A stretch of 64,000 bases of DNA from Octopus sinensis. Its lineage: Eukaryota. Numbering within the stretch: the stretch's first letter is position 1; each line of letters opens with the position of its first letter. The stretch spans positions 84,196,001-84,260,000 of the forward strand of contig NC_043003.1 in NCBI RefSeq assembly GCF_006345805.1. Reading direction: 5' to 3'. Below the pieces are notes generated by a model, which saw only the letters and a list, made by a program, of their open reading frames with translations, was not told where the DNA came from and ran no database searches. Positions 26,717 through 40,786 of this stretch are shown here, piece by piece. Both the position numbers and the translations under genes were made by a program.

Positions 26717-27472
26717 TATAGTTTTGCCATTTCTATATTCACTAATATGTTCAACATTTCATTTTTTCTCTTCATTTATCCAACTCCAGTTTTTCTTACT
26801 CCCCGCCATCTCTCTCTCTTTCTCCCTCTCTCTCTCTCCCTCTCTCTCTCTCCCCTTTCCCCCCTTATTCTCTTTGTTTTTATCCTCCCCTTCCTGCCAT
26901 CTCAACTTATCTCTCTTAACTTCAACGTAGCGACGTGACCTTCGTTGCTATAGTGACGTCTTATCAGCAAATTAGAAGTTTGATAAATTCTTGTCTGTCT
27001 TTGCTTCTCTCTCTTTCTCTTCTCTGGTTATTAACCAATTTCCACAAGCAATAACCCCCACCACAACTACCACCACTACCACAACTGGAATCAACACCCC
27101 AATATTAGCACAAACATCATCTCCATTATTATCACTATCATCATCAACATCATCATTGTCATCAGATATTGTTTTGAAACCAGAAATAAACACGAGATTA
27201 ACTCATCTGTACATTTGGTCCACTTTTGATAAACACCGAATTATATACACTTGGTTCCATTCAGTGCAATCAGTTGCCCGTTGTTGAAACTAAAATGTTG
27301 TTGTTGTTGTCGGTCGACTGTTTGGCAGAAGAAAAACAAACAAAATGGCCGATTTCTGCTTTGTACACAAATAAAGCGACCAATGTAAATGGAGTAAGCT
27401 TCATTTTCTATAGACATTGTCAACGCCACAAAAGACATTTACGAAAAGTATGAACGCCGGGAATTCCTTTTA

Positions 27473-27590
27473 AGGCGGCGAGGTGGCAAAATCGTTAGCA
27501 TGCCGGGGCAAAATGCTTTGTGGCATTTCGTCCTTCTTTACATTCTGAGTTCAAATATCTCCGAGGTCAACTTTACCTTTCATCCTTTCA
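27473..27590 (+). mobile_element. SINE A, 3'-truncated
   Basis: aaggcggcgaggtggcaaaatcgttagc..gagttcaaat..gaggtcaacttta. Confidence 0.85.
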
Positions 27591-27854
27591 TACTAAAAAC
27601 AGAAGAAAAACAAATTCAAGGTAATTTTTCGTTAGGCGTGTCATTCAGAAAAAAAAACTTGTGGACCACGTTTTGTCCATACTGATCGAGATAAATGATG
27701 TTTTCTCAACAACATGGGTGTAATTTTAATTGATTAAACTTTTTGGCTCATTACATTCAGTAATATTAGCGCCAAAACTATGCAGCGTTAACACAACTCC
27801 AGGAATAATTGATATGTGCAATTTTTTCTCTCTTGAGATGACACAGAAAGCGAT

Positions 27855-28120
27855 GTGTGTGCATATGTATGCGTGCGTGTGTACTTACATATATATGCAC
27901 ATATATATGCTTTTATATATATATATATATGCTTACATACATATATACATATATATGCTTACATACATATATATACATATATATACTTACATACATATAT
28001 ATATATATACATATATATGCTTACAGACATATATACATAAATATGCTTGCATACATATATACATATGCTTACATACATATGCTTACATGCATATGCTTAC
28101 ATGCATATGCTTACATACAT
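27855..28120. repeat. atgcttacat minisatellite within an (AT/AC) tract
   Basis: The gcttac motif recurs about ten times. Confidence 0.85.
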
Positions 28121-28854
28121 GTGTGTGTATGTTTGTACGTATATATATATAAAGAAAGTGTGAAAGAGATTAAGTTACTTCAATGAGTAGGTCATGCGAC
28201 CTATGTAGAAGTCTCTCACACTCATTAACAGATGGTAACACGAGAGGACTGTGGGATCTTTTGCATTGCTAAACACCCACAGAATGTATACACTTCAAAA
28301 ACACTAGCGCCACCTTACTTGGTCTCATTAATCCCCTTCAAATTCTGTTGCGAGCGACCAACCATATGCAATCAACGAGCTATAAGGAATTAAATCTATC
28401 CCTTTTCCTGACAATCTTTAACAACTGTGCCCTGTCTATGTCGTTGTCATCAAAGGGGATCTTTCCAACAGACATGAACATACTAGAAAATATAACACGC
28501 AACACATGTTTTGTGTGCCAAACTGCGATTGCACCCCGAGTGGCCAACGCTTGCAAGATGTATTGTTACAAGACGATTGCAGCTTCAAGGAAAATATATT
28601 CGTTTGAAGGCCAACGGTAACGAGTTGTCCGTAAGCGATCGATTAACTTTAAAAAGGGAAAACGTTTGTCTGATATTCACAACGAAGAGCAGCAAAATTT
28701 GTGAGGTAACTAGCTGGGTTTCCGTATAGAATAAGGACTGACTGGATTTACTTGCAAATCTATAAAATATTCAAACAGTTGATCTAATAATATCACTTCA
28801 TTTGAATTTCTTCCAATTATCTCAGCTTAAAGAGAGAAAGAGAGATAAATAGAC

Positions 28855-28878
28855 AGCAATGTGTGTGTGTGTGTGGTG

Positions 28879-28909
<31 letters not shown>

Positions 28910-29205
28910 TGTGTGTGTGTGTGGGAGTATGTATGTACACATATATACAAACATTTATGTATATATATGTATATGTATATATATATATACATGTGTGTAT
29001 ATATATATGTGTATATATGTAAATATATATGTCTATATATATGTATATATATGTATATATATGTGTATATATATGTATATATATATAAATATATGTATAT
29101 ATATGTATATAATAATATATGTATATATATGTGTGTGTATATATATATGTATGTATATGAATATATATGTATATATATATGCAGATATATGAATATATAT
29201 ATATG

Positions 29206-29247
<42 letters not shown>

Positions 29248-29270
29248 GTGTGTGTGTGTGTGTGTGTAAA
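28855..29270. repeat. (GT)n/(AT,GTAT)n compound microsatellite
   Basis: Seen directly. Confidence 0.95.
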
Positions 29271-31262
29271 CGAGAATTTATATATAAGATAGAGAGAAAG
29301 AAAGAGAGACCTGTGTTGATTCCATAGAAAACACTTTCGAAATAACAAGGAATAAACAACAACAACATTGTTCGTACTTCGTTCGTCAGTGAAAGTCAGT
29401 TGCTTATAGACCAGCATAATAAAGAATAGCAATAAATCAATAATTAGTTATCTATTAAAATGTTTTTTTATTTTCCTTTGTATTATTTTCCTTATATTTA
29501 ATATTAATACTTTTTATTGTAAACAGTTTCCATTATTGGTTTCATTGGACGTGTTAGAACACTGAATCTTGACAACAAAATAAATTTTAAAAAAGTAAAC
29601 AACCAAAGAATTGATAAACAGGCAAGTGAATAAACAGACAGGTGAGCTTAAGATTGCATCAATCTTTAACTACACAACGCCAACAAAACAAGACATGAAT
29701 TGTTTTCGTTATTCATCCGTTCTCTCTAAACGATGAAAGGAATTAGACAATATATTTTAATGTGCTACATTTGCAGTTTAACAAACAAAAAGGCACACAC
29801 ATATATGTGTGTGCGTATTTATTTCAAACACACCACGTACATCAGAAACAAAACCAAATTTCAAACAATAAACTATGTTTTCATCTGTTTTATATGTAAA
29901 CAAAACCGATATTTTATGTACTCGTTGACAGTATGCCAGATGTAGACAACCGAGTCTGTAGTATACCAGTATAATATCTTAGTGTTCGTTTTTTTTTTTT
30001 TTTTTGTAGTATGCCCTAAAGTAGTGCTTTGTGCCTGTTTTGTATACTACATTGAACTCTGAACTATGCAGTCTGGCTACAAATGAGTATACTGTTGAAA
30101 AGTGAAAAGAGAAATGTGAGTACTATATAAATTGGTGAAAAGTTATTTATCCCCAGGTTAGTTCTAATTGAGTAGATATATAGTGGAAGACATTCCAGCA
30201 ATGACAATCCAATATTTTCCCAAATATAGTATCTCTCTTTGTCGTAGGTTTGTGACTAACTGTCGAATCAAGAAGTACTAACGCTACACATTTTAGGCTT
30301 CGATCCCACGTTGAGCAGGTGTCTTCTATCATAACTTGAGTTTGGATAAATTCTTATGACTGAAATTGGGTCGACAGAGACTGTGCAGATGCCCTCAGAA
30401 GGACAGCTTCTTCACTTCAGTCGAAAACTTAATCCGTCACCGGGCTTAACAGCTTCACCTGGCCTTTGAATGTTGGTAGCAAAGTAAACTGTGATACAAA
30501 CATTCGGACCATTTTTTCAGTTTTAAGAAAACTTCCCCTCTTCATCACAACAAACAGGGATGCTCTAGGAAGTTCATTTTTGGAAGCTGTTTTTCCTCTG
30601 AGTGAGTGATAAAATATCTATCAAAACCACCAGATGGATTTCAAGAAAGGTCCAGAGAATTTGGTCAAGTACTCAACATGAAATAGATCAGAACATGCAA
30701 ACTGATTGAACTACCCATGATGTTTGATGTATAACAGTCCGTTAGTCAATTCATCCATCCATTCTATAATAAACTCATTGTGTACAAGAATCAGTCGCCC
30801 GGTTTAAGACTGTTGCCTAAACTACCTAACATGTGAGCGTATTTAGCAGGGTTTACTTTATTGGAAACGTTCGAGTCATTATCCTAGTTTATTGATAACC
30901 CATGAGCTGTGGCCAGCCTTGTTGCTGCTCTGCTTGACTTTTTCTTGTGAAAGAAATCCACCAAATGCATTCTCAGAATATTTAAAGATAGATTTCCCTG
31001 ACGACGACGACGACGACTACAACATTCACAACGTGATGATATCAAGCATATTATCCAATGAGAAGATATGAATCTAAAACAGGAGGATAGGAGCAAATAT
31101 GATACACATTTAACACTAATATTGTGATATCTGAGACACAAATAAATGATAAATTTGATAAAATGAAGAGAAAAGCAGACATCAAGTTTCTCTCTCGAAA
31201 AGCGTGAAGCACGAATATCTTTAGTTGAGTAAAGAGATATTTCGATCTTTCAACCTTTACAA

Positions 31263-31373
<111 letters not shown>

Positions 31374-31924
31374 TACACACACTTACATATAAAGGCGTAC
31401 ACGCGATTCAAACAATCAAATTCAAATCAGTATAACCATACACGATCTCACACATACAAACACACATAAACACAGACATATGCACAACTGAAGTCTAGGT
31501 GAAGTATAGTGTAAAGTAACAATAAACTTGCTTTTCTTTATGTGGAATTTTCCATAAGAAACCTGTGGTATGTGTGTGTGTGTTTAAGTATATTTACGTG
31601 TATTTGTGTGTTAGTATATATAATAGTGTATCTGTATACACACACACACACACACCACACTCTATCTATACATACATACACACGCACATACATATACTTT
31701 TGTGTGTGCTTCTCTGTGTGTCACCGCTTGGCAACCGGTGTAGGTTAATTTACGTCCTTGTAATTTAGTAAGTTGGCAAAGAGGGCTCGACAGAATAAGG
31801 GATTAGCCAATCAGATCCATTGATTTGGTCGGCTGATCCATCGAAAGCGATGCCCCAGCATGACCGCTGTACACTGACTGACATTTGTTTTTGCAGTTTT
31901 AAACAGGCAACGCAGTTTTTAATG

Positions 31925-32080
31925 TATACCTATTTCTTTATTACCCACAAGGGGCTAAACATAGAGGGGACAAACAAGGACAGACAAACGGATTAAGTCG
32001 ATTACATCGACCCCAGTGCGTAACTGGTACTTAATTTATAGACCTTGAAAGGATGAAAGGCAAAGTCGACCTCGGCGGAA
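31925..32080 (-). mobile_element. 5'-truncated SINE A with tail B
   Basis: The reverse complement ends ...gtaataaagaaataggtat and then unique flank. Confidence 0.9.
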
Positions 32081-33235
32081 TACCGATAAGAGATACGTCT
32101 CTGGTTATCTTGTTGATTCCCTGTAACGAACGACGCTTTGGTTCCCTAGTTGCGGTACATACTAAATAAATAAAACAATTAAATAAATTAGATGAATACA
32201 GTCCATGTACTTAGTGTAGTTCTCTATTAATGACGTCATCAACATCACAATCTGCACCAATATCTCAGTTCAGTCATTAAAAACCCCCACAATCACTGCA
32301 GTTTTCATTACCACCGTCACAGCCACCACCACCACCACCACCACCACCACCACCACCACCATCACCACCACCACCACCACCACCAAAACAATTGTCTACC
32401 CCCCTCCCTCTCGTCACAATCATCACAATCATCATTCTTGTCACCGCAAGCAATATTATCATTATAGTTGCCACTACCACCACCACCACCACCACAACCA
32501 CCACCACCGTCGCCACCACCACAACCACCGCCGCCAAGGCTTTAGTTGTGACAACCACATTTTACAGCAGTTGTCACCTCCTCACTCCCCCCCCCACCAC
32601 ATCTTCCCGCTGCATTCCGGTCTATTGTCAAACTGGTGACGCGCTGTTTGGAACCAATGGACCAAAAATGTAATTTCCTCCTCTCCTCCTCCTCCTCCCC
32701 CTTATTCTCCTCCTCTTCTTCCTACGACGACGTCGATTACGGCGATGATGACAATGATAATGATGATGATGATGATGATGGTAAGAGCAATGAAGATGAT
32801 TCCCTCCCAACAAACATCTTGAATCAACATCCTGCAATCCCTAAACTTCTCCAATCCCCTTGTAAGCAATCTTAGTAACAAACAACAAACAGATCCAACA
32901 ACCGATCACCTCTACCTCACATTACCACGCTCCCCCCCCCTATCAACACCACCACCAACACCACGATCGCCGCCACCGCCGCCGCCGCCACCACGCATCA
33001 ATAGTTAAAGCGTCAATAAGCTACCTCACTATCACCCACCCACCCCATTTACCCATGAAACCCCACTATTAAGATTTTCAATTTTTCCCACAACCACAGC
33101 TGCTGCTACTGCAACAACAACAACAATAACTACTACTACTACTACTACTACTACTACCCCCCTAGATAAAATATACATCGCGATATTCCATCCCTACAAG
33201 GCATCTAGTATCAATGTATTCTCAATCTCTTTTAA

Positions 33236-33273
<38 letters not shown>

Positions 33274-33784
33274 TCCCGCTCGCTATCTATCTATCTATCT
33301 ATCTATCTATCGACTTCTTTCAACACCCACCAGCACCAGCCCCATCGCCACTAGCATAAATTAGCAATAGTAGCCCCCATCATCATTATCATCACTACGA
33401 CTACCATTAACACAACGACGACGACGACCACTACCACCACCACCACTACCACCACCAACAGCAACAACAACAACAGCACTACCTCCGCCTCCATTATAAA
33501 CAAATACTGCCAATAATACCTTCGCTACCCCCCTCCCCCCCGCCGACTATTACCACATCTCTCTAATACAATCACAGTTACCATTAAAGTTCCCACCACC
33601 CAACTTGACAACTATCACTCCCCCACATCGCACCAATTCCACACAACACATAAACACACGCACGCGCGCGAAACATCTATCCCTTCCCTCCACCACTACA
33701 CACACCAAGTGCCCCTCTTTTTAAGGCAAACAAATAAAACGGAAGCAATAACAGGATAGGAAAATAATGCATGTATGCATTACA

Positions 33785-33868
<84 letters not shown>

Positions 33869-34169
33869 TACATACACACATATGTAGACACATACGTATT
33901 CACATACCTAGATGCCGAGTTACACAAGCACGCGCACGCAAATTCATATTATGCATTCATTTGCATTAAACACATTATATATTCATTCATATATTTCTCT
34001 GAAACCGCATTTACACATGAGCTACATAAATATTTATAAATACATGCATGCACACACGCATACACCTATGCAAACACACACACACACACACACGCACACA
34101 TATATGATATGGGCGTCTTCTATTGTAGGCCGTGCCAATCAATGCCTTACAAGTGAATTTGTAACATTG

Positions 34170-34360
34170 AAATTGTGTAGAAGCCCGTCGTCTGGCGATT
34201 TGTTTTCCATCTTTGGACCTTTCCCTTTCTCCTTTCCGACGAAGAGCCATGCTCGAAACGTCAAACTCTCTCTTTTCACCGAACGTCCAGCTAATACATC
34301 TAATACATTTTGTGCCACTTTTTTATTGGTTTATTTGAACTTTTTATTTGAATTGATTAT
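34170..34360 (+). mobile_element. Penelope-like element terminus with hammerhead-like motif (copy 1)
   Basis: ttt-ccgacga-a-gagc-cat-gctc-gaaacgtc-aaa at 34233-34265; homologous to 42472-42690, 51392-51562 and 58275-58476. Confidence 0.6.
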
Positions 34361-34500
34361 CTCTCTATCTATCTTTCCATCCATCCATCCATCCATCCAT
34401 CCATCCATCTGTCCGTCCGTCCGTCCGTCCGTCCGTCCGTCCGTCCGTCTGTCCGTCTGTCTGTCTGTCTGTCTATCTATGTAATGTGTCTGTGGTGTGT

Positions 34501-34575
<75 letters not shown>

Positions 34576-35484
34576 ATGCACGTGTATTTGTGTTTGTTCC
34601 CGTATTGCTCGACAATAATTTTTGGTTTGGTTACATCTCTGGAAAGGAACGGCTCAGCAGAAGAGGCAGAAGAACCAAGCTTAAAAAGAATAAGTACCAA
34701 CTAAACACGTCAAGACGGTGCTACAGCAAAGCTACAGTCCACTGACTGAAACAAGTAAAAGAATAAAAGAATATATGCATACATATACACACGCACATAC
34801 GTGTATACGTAATACATATATACCTAATCTAATTATTAATGTTCTTGGCGATGTTAACATATGTCTTTGTGAATGTCATAATCTGGAGACGCTTGGATTT
34901 TGAGGCAAAAAGTCCGACCAGGTAATACGTACTTACCAAATACACCCTCTAAGTGGAACAGTAAAAATATGTAAAACTTTTCTAAAGTTCAACGTTACAT
35001 TTACCGTTGTTATTCGAATTACAACGATGGAACTTTGTTTCTTTGTAAGAAACCAGCTCCTTCTTTCTACGAAGAATTCAAATAACTGAAGACAAAAACA
35101 AAAAAAACCAATAAAAAGGAATGTATACAAACATACACATGGGATTACACACATATCTACATACAAGCCTACAATACATATACATACATTTAGAGAAGTA
35201 TACATTTATTCATAAAAGCATACATCTATTCATACAGAGGGGAATCGATTCAAGAAATGCATGGCTATTCCGCCACTATGAAAATAACCAAATCCTTGAA
35301 ATCATCCCAACCATCTTAAGAAAGAGAATAATATGCGCCTAGATTCAATATATCTGGAATGTCTTTGATCATAGAACTGCTATTGCATCAGCGTTGATCA
35401 TGGAATAAACAACACATAGTACATATATGCGCATGAACGTATACGTGTCTATTATATATGATATAATACAATATAATATAGTCA

Positions 35485-35524
<40 letters not shown>

Positions 35525-35585
35525 TATTATATTACATTATCTTCATGTTAGGCATATATTATTTTCATATTGTATATACATTATA

Positions 35586-35632
<47 letters not shown>

Positions 35633-35634
<2 letters not shown>

Positions 35635-35852
35635 CTTCGACCAAAGCCTTGTGAATGGATTGGTATATGTATGTATGTATTATGTATGTTATGTATGTAT
35701 GTATGTATGTGTGTGTATATGTTTGTGTGTCTGTGTTTGTCCCCCTACATCGCTTGACAAAGAATAAGTCCTGCGGTCGATTTGCTCGACTAAAGGCGGT
35801 GCTCCAGTATGGCCGCAGTCAAATGATTGAAACAAGTAAAAAGAATAAAAAC
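35633..35852 (+). mobile_element. SINE family B, 3' part
   Basis: gaccaaagccttgtga..gtcgatttgctcgactaaaggcggtgctccagtatggccgcagtcaaatg. Confidence 0.85.
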
Positions 35853-35861
35853 TAAATGAAT

Positions 35862-35926
<65 letters not shown>

Positions 35927-36157
35927 TGTACTACACACAATGCATCCACACCACAAAACACAAATTTATATCAACATGGTATTCCTGACAACCATTGTCT
36001 TTAACGTCTTGGATGAATTAATTCGTCAGTGATCGTCATACTATTTACGAGTCGACAGTCACCATGTATGTGCGTGTGCCTTTTGTATGTATGACTGTAT
36101 GCGGATGTATGTATGTGGATTGATTTTATAGAACTTGGTAGGAATGAATGAGATAAT

Positions 36158-36293
36158 CTTTTCTACTCTAGGCACAAGGCCCGAAATTTGGGGGAAGGGA
36201 ACCAGTCGATTAGATCGACCCTAGTACACAGATCGACCCCAGTACACAAATAGTACTTATTTTATCGACCCCGAAAGGATGAAAAGCAAAGTC
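36158..36293 (-). mobile_element. 5'-truncated SINE A (tail A) with an 18-bp TSD
   Basis: Flanked by aggaatgaatgagataat at 36140-36157 and 36294-36311. Confidence 0.9.
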
Positions 36294-37685
36294 AGGAATG
36301 AATGAGATAATGTGAGATCATGAGTGGTGTTACAATAATCATTTAGAATTGTGCACTAAACTTGAAAAGTAAATACGTTGCACAGCCCATTATATATCTT
36401 TGGGTCATCACTGAATGTTTCGATCTCATGTATTATATCTGGTAGGACAAATCAATAAGCATCGACCAACTCCATTCTAGCTAATTGAAGACTGCAGATA
36501 TAAAGATTAAGAGAGGTCAAAATGGCTCAACCGAGAATCGAGCTTATATCGCCAGTAGTTTACCACATACATATATATACAGATACATACACACATATGT
36601 GCATATTTACCACATACATATACCACATACATTTACATATATTTACATATATATGTATCATTGGCTTTAATAAAATAAACAAAGAACGAAGTTGATCTGG
36701 GTTTGTGAGAGTGTGTAACAAGGTGTGAGGGGGGGGGGGGCAGATGGGATAGAAGAAAAATGAAAAAAGGAATAAGAAGCAGTGAGAGAAAGATAAAAAG
36801 AGGAAGAGGATTATGTGAATGGAGGGTTAAAAGTAAAACTAGAAGAATGAGGTGAAGGACGAGTTGGAATTGGAAGAAGAACTGATGAGAACATTCCTGA
36901 AGTTTTACTGCAGCTAGACAGTTCCACAAGAGTACCATAACAGAATCTAAAAAAAAAAAATAATACCCCAAAATAATTCGTGATTGGGTGGTTATTGAGT
37001 GGGGTGTAGGAAACGATCACACGAACTAGAAAAGGCATAACTGGTTGGGGTGAAAGGGTTTGTAGGAAGAATATTGATTACTTCTACCCTTACAACCTCT
37101 CTCTCTCTCCCTTTCACTTTCGTTACTCTTCAACGTAAATCGATTACTGAATGTTAGTGGACTGTCTTCAGTAGCCAGTCTATCGATTTGGATAGGGTAT
37201 AATTAAATCTAGCTATAGTTTCGTTGAAATGAGAGCCGACCGATCGACGCCGATGAAGACCGATCAAAGTCGAGAAAGATCGGAAGCGAGCGAAATGGAC
37301 CGATTGAAGTCGGTTGTTAGGTTTTGGTGGATTAATAAAGGTGGTGGGGTGGAGAAAAGAAAGAAATTAAAGAAAGAAAAATAATCAGAAGGATTGTTGA
37401 GTTACATTTAGCAATCTTTTACGATCTCTAGTTGCCATGAACAAAGTATCATTTGCGAGGCGATAATATTTGGTTAACGACACAGATTAAAACTCATTAA
37501 AACAAAGGAAAACAATACATAAATACATAATTAAAATTAAAATTAAATTAGAACAAAACAACAACATTCTACCTTTTCATTGGCTTGCGATACAGTGCAT
37601 ACCCAAACTTTTTCCACTGACCATTGATCTGACCAGTACTGATCCTTATGAAAGTCTGAACTTCAACAAGGCCTGCTTGCAATTA

Positions 37686-38034
37686 GGTGGTGGTTAAGAC
37701 GTTCGTATGCAACTATGTGATTACGGTTTCGATCTCACTGTCTGAAGTCTTGAGCAAGTGTCTTCTAATGTGGCCTCAGGTTGACCATTATCTTGTGAAT
37801 GGAATTTGATAAAAGGAAACTTGCGAGAGACCAGTCGGTTCGGCAAATAGGGTGGAAAAAATAAGTACAGAGGGTGATTCGTTTGGTTACACTCTTGAAA
37901 GCGGTGCTCCAGCATGACAACCGCTTCAGCAAATACGTCGAAAAAATAAGTACAGGGGCGACTTGATCGATTAAACTCCTGAAGGCGGTGCTTCAGCAGG
38001 GCCGCAGTCCAGTGACTTAAATCAGTAAGAGAAT
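37686..38034 (+). mobile_element. SINE family B-like, old copy
   Basis: tcttgagcaagtgtcttcta..gcggtgctccagcatg..gccgcagtccagtgact. Confidence 0.7.
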
Positions 38035-38334
38035 CACCTTTTAGACTTATAAGACAAATTGGGTGGTGTAAAATCCATGCCTATCCAAAAAGTATTTGCG
38101 ACGTAAGTGAAACGAATAACATCTTGGATTAAACATGTTAATCCAATATTTTAGGATCAGAGGGAAGTTGTGACATTCATGCTTTTCTCGTAACATCAAC
38201 AGTACAAGTTAAACATACTTTTGGCACGTTATGGATTCAGGTCACCAATAATGATTTCAATCTTCACAAAGAAAGCTTCTAAATTTCACCCTTTATCTGC
38301 CATGTGTATTATATGTGATAGACCACGCCACCGA

Positions 38335-38522
38335 TGTTATCCAAAGGAGAGGCAAAGGCCAGGCACCAGTGGCATCGAAACTCATTTCTACAGTTGAGTG
38401 GACTGGAGCAACGTGAAACAAAGTGTTTTGCTCAAGAACACAACACACAGGCCGGTCTGGGAATCGAACTCACTACCTCATAATTGTGAGCCCGACACTC
38501 TAACCACTTAGCCATGCGGCTC
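38335..38522 (-). mobile_element. tRNA-derived SINE family C
   Basis: The reverse complement has A box tggctaagtgg and B box gagttcgattcc, then ttcttgagcaaaacactt..ttgctccagtccactca. A second copy lies at 60400-60570. Confidence 0.8.
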
Positions 38523-38968
38523 CAGTATTACATGTGATACACAGGACATATTTCCCTGGAGTTCACGTGATGGGCATAAGCAAACAGCTTATTAAGTTTT
38601 CTAAGAACAAAAGTACCAGAACACCTAAAATGAAATGAAATAGCTTCTAACCAGGATTGGAAACCTGCATCTAATTCTCATCTTACTTTATGTGGTTAAT
38701 ACTTTTTGGGAGAGGAGGAGGAGGAATACGATCGATAAAAAAAACACAATAAAAACAATCTTGCTTTTTCTAAGATGAATCAATCGTTCAGCAACTAATA
38801 AGAATGTATATCGATCACTTCTATGATGTATGAACAATTCAACAGAAATTAGGCTGAGCAAATGTTTAACCAAAATACCGATATATCCGTGGCAGAAATG
38901 ATATCTAGTTGGACTCAAACGAAGGAAACTTCACGAGGTTACTTGCACGCGCACGAACGAGAGAAAGG

Positions 38969-39023
<55 letters not shown>

Positions 39024-39074
39024 GGCGGAGAAAGAAAGTTAAGCGAAATATATATTCATTTACTGTTGTTAATC

Positions 39075-39275
39075 TCCGTGCCGGAAGAAATTCTCAGTGG
39101 CATTTCTTCCGGCTTTACGTTCTGATTTCAAATGCCGCCGACATCGACTTTACCTTTAATCCTTACGGCGTTGATAAAATAAGTATCGATTGAGCACTGG
39201 GGATCGATGTAATCGACCAGCTCCTTCTCTTCCCCACCAAATTGTAGGCTTTATTCGCCTAATTAGAAGGAATTT
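39075..39275 (+). mobile_element. SINE A, old copy
   Basis: Body and tail A recognisable. Confidence 0.75.
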
Positions 39276-39404
39276 AAGTCTAGTCTAAACCGGAAAGGCA
39301 CTACTTAAAACCGTTTCATGCTTTCATTGACTGGATCCTTTTCCAATGTCATCAAATGCTGAGCATCGGCAAGGAATGCAACAACAGAAACAACAGCAAC
39401 AACA

Positions 39405-39575
39405 AAATATTCTTTTCTACTCTAGGCAGAAGGACTGAAATGCTTGGGGAGGGGTTGGCTAGTCGATTAGATCGACCCCGGTACGCAACTGGTACTTCAT
39501 TTATCGACTCCTGAAAGATGAAAGGCAAAGTCAACATCGGCGGAATTTGAACTCAGAACGTAAAGACAGACGAAA
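39405..39575 (-). mobile_element. SINE A, 5'-truncated
   Basis: ttttctactctaggc..gatgaaaggcaaagtcaacatcggcggaatttgaactcagaacgt. Confidence 0.85.
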
Positions 39576-39754
39576 TAAGCAACAACAAAACATTGTTGTT
39601 GCTCTTGTGTTGCTACTGTTGAGTTAAATACTGGGTTACGTTTACTTTCAACCTTCTATATCGTGAGTCAAAATCAAACCAGTGCCATATTAAACTTGCC
39701 TTTCATTATTTATATATATACTTGTAATATAGGCTCCAAATTTAATGTAATATA

Positions 39755-39957
39755 GGCTCTACAAGGCCAGAAATTCGGTGGCAGGAGTAAGTCGATTACA
39801 CTGACTCCAGTGATCAACTGGTATTTATTTTATAGACACTGAAAGGGTGAAAGGTAAAGGTCACTTCAGCAGAATTTGAACTCAGAACGTAAAGATAAAC
39901 GAAGTACCACTAGGTATTTTTCCCGGCGTGCTAACGATTCTCCCAGCTTGCCACCTT
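39755..39957 (-). mobile_element. SINE A, full length, old
   Basis: Head (rc aaggtggcaagctgggagaatcgttagc) through tail A. Confidence 0.85.
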
Positions 39958-40708
39958 ATGTACTAGTAATATAATAGGTTTAAACTATTACACTAGCAGT
40001 TATCTATAAATACACATACATACGCATTATAGAGAGCAATGACAAACTACAACCTCTTTTACCACTTGTGCTGCGAGTTCATAAGTGTGGAAGCTCTCAT
40101 GCATCGTGTAGCATCCCGCCCCAACTAAAAATCACAAACATACACCTCTTTTTTAATCAAATTGAAAGCAACTGTATTACACAAATAAAACTTAAGCTAA
40201 TTAACCCATTATTTTGTTGATTTTACATGAATCGCCACTCCATTTTCACCCCATTTTTTTTTACACGAATAGCTACCCCATTATCGCCCCATATTTCTTC
40301 AACACCCCCTTGGAACTTTCCACTGCCCACTTTGGGAACTGCTGATTTAAAACATGCAAATTTCGGCCTTTTTTGTATGGCCTTAGTTGTTATTCAGTAA
40401 CGGTAACCTTGACACAAAATCTTGCTGGCTTGTTATTCGTATTTTTGAAAGACATTCGTCAGTCCAGTGATCCAGTCACACATACATACTTGAAAACGAG
40501 GCATAACACTAGCTTACCGAAGAACCATATACACCCATTAAATGAATGCAAGAATATCAATACATGCATTCACGTATTCACAAATCACTGGAACAGTCTT
40601 GATTCAAACAAAGATGCCTTGTTACTTTGTTAGCTTGTTAGCGACCGGCTTGTGTAGAGCGAAAAACATAGATAAATCTCAAAGAACATACATACATATA
40701 CGTAGTGA

Positions 40709-40786
<78 letters not shown>

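Noticed and set aside
28380-28565. Minus frame ..MSVGKIPFDDNDIDRAQLLKIV resembling kinase subdomains IX-X
   Set aside because: Spacing from the W is wrong for DxWSxG..G.PF, there are no other kinase motifs, and the frame is bounded by stops.
30847-31075. ATG-less frame with a hydrophobic LWPALLLLCLTFSC stretch and poly-D
   Set aside because: The poly-D is a (GAC)n microsatellite, there is no start codon or convincing splice sites, and no homology.
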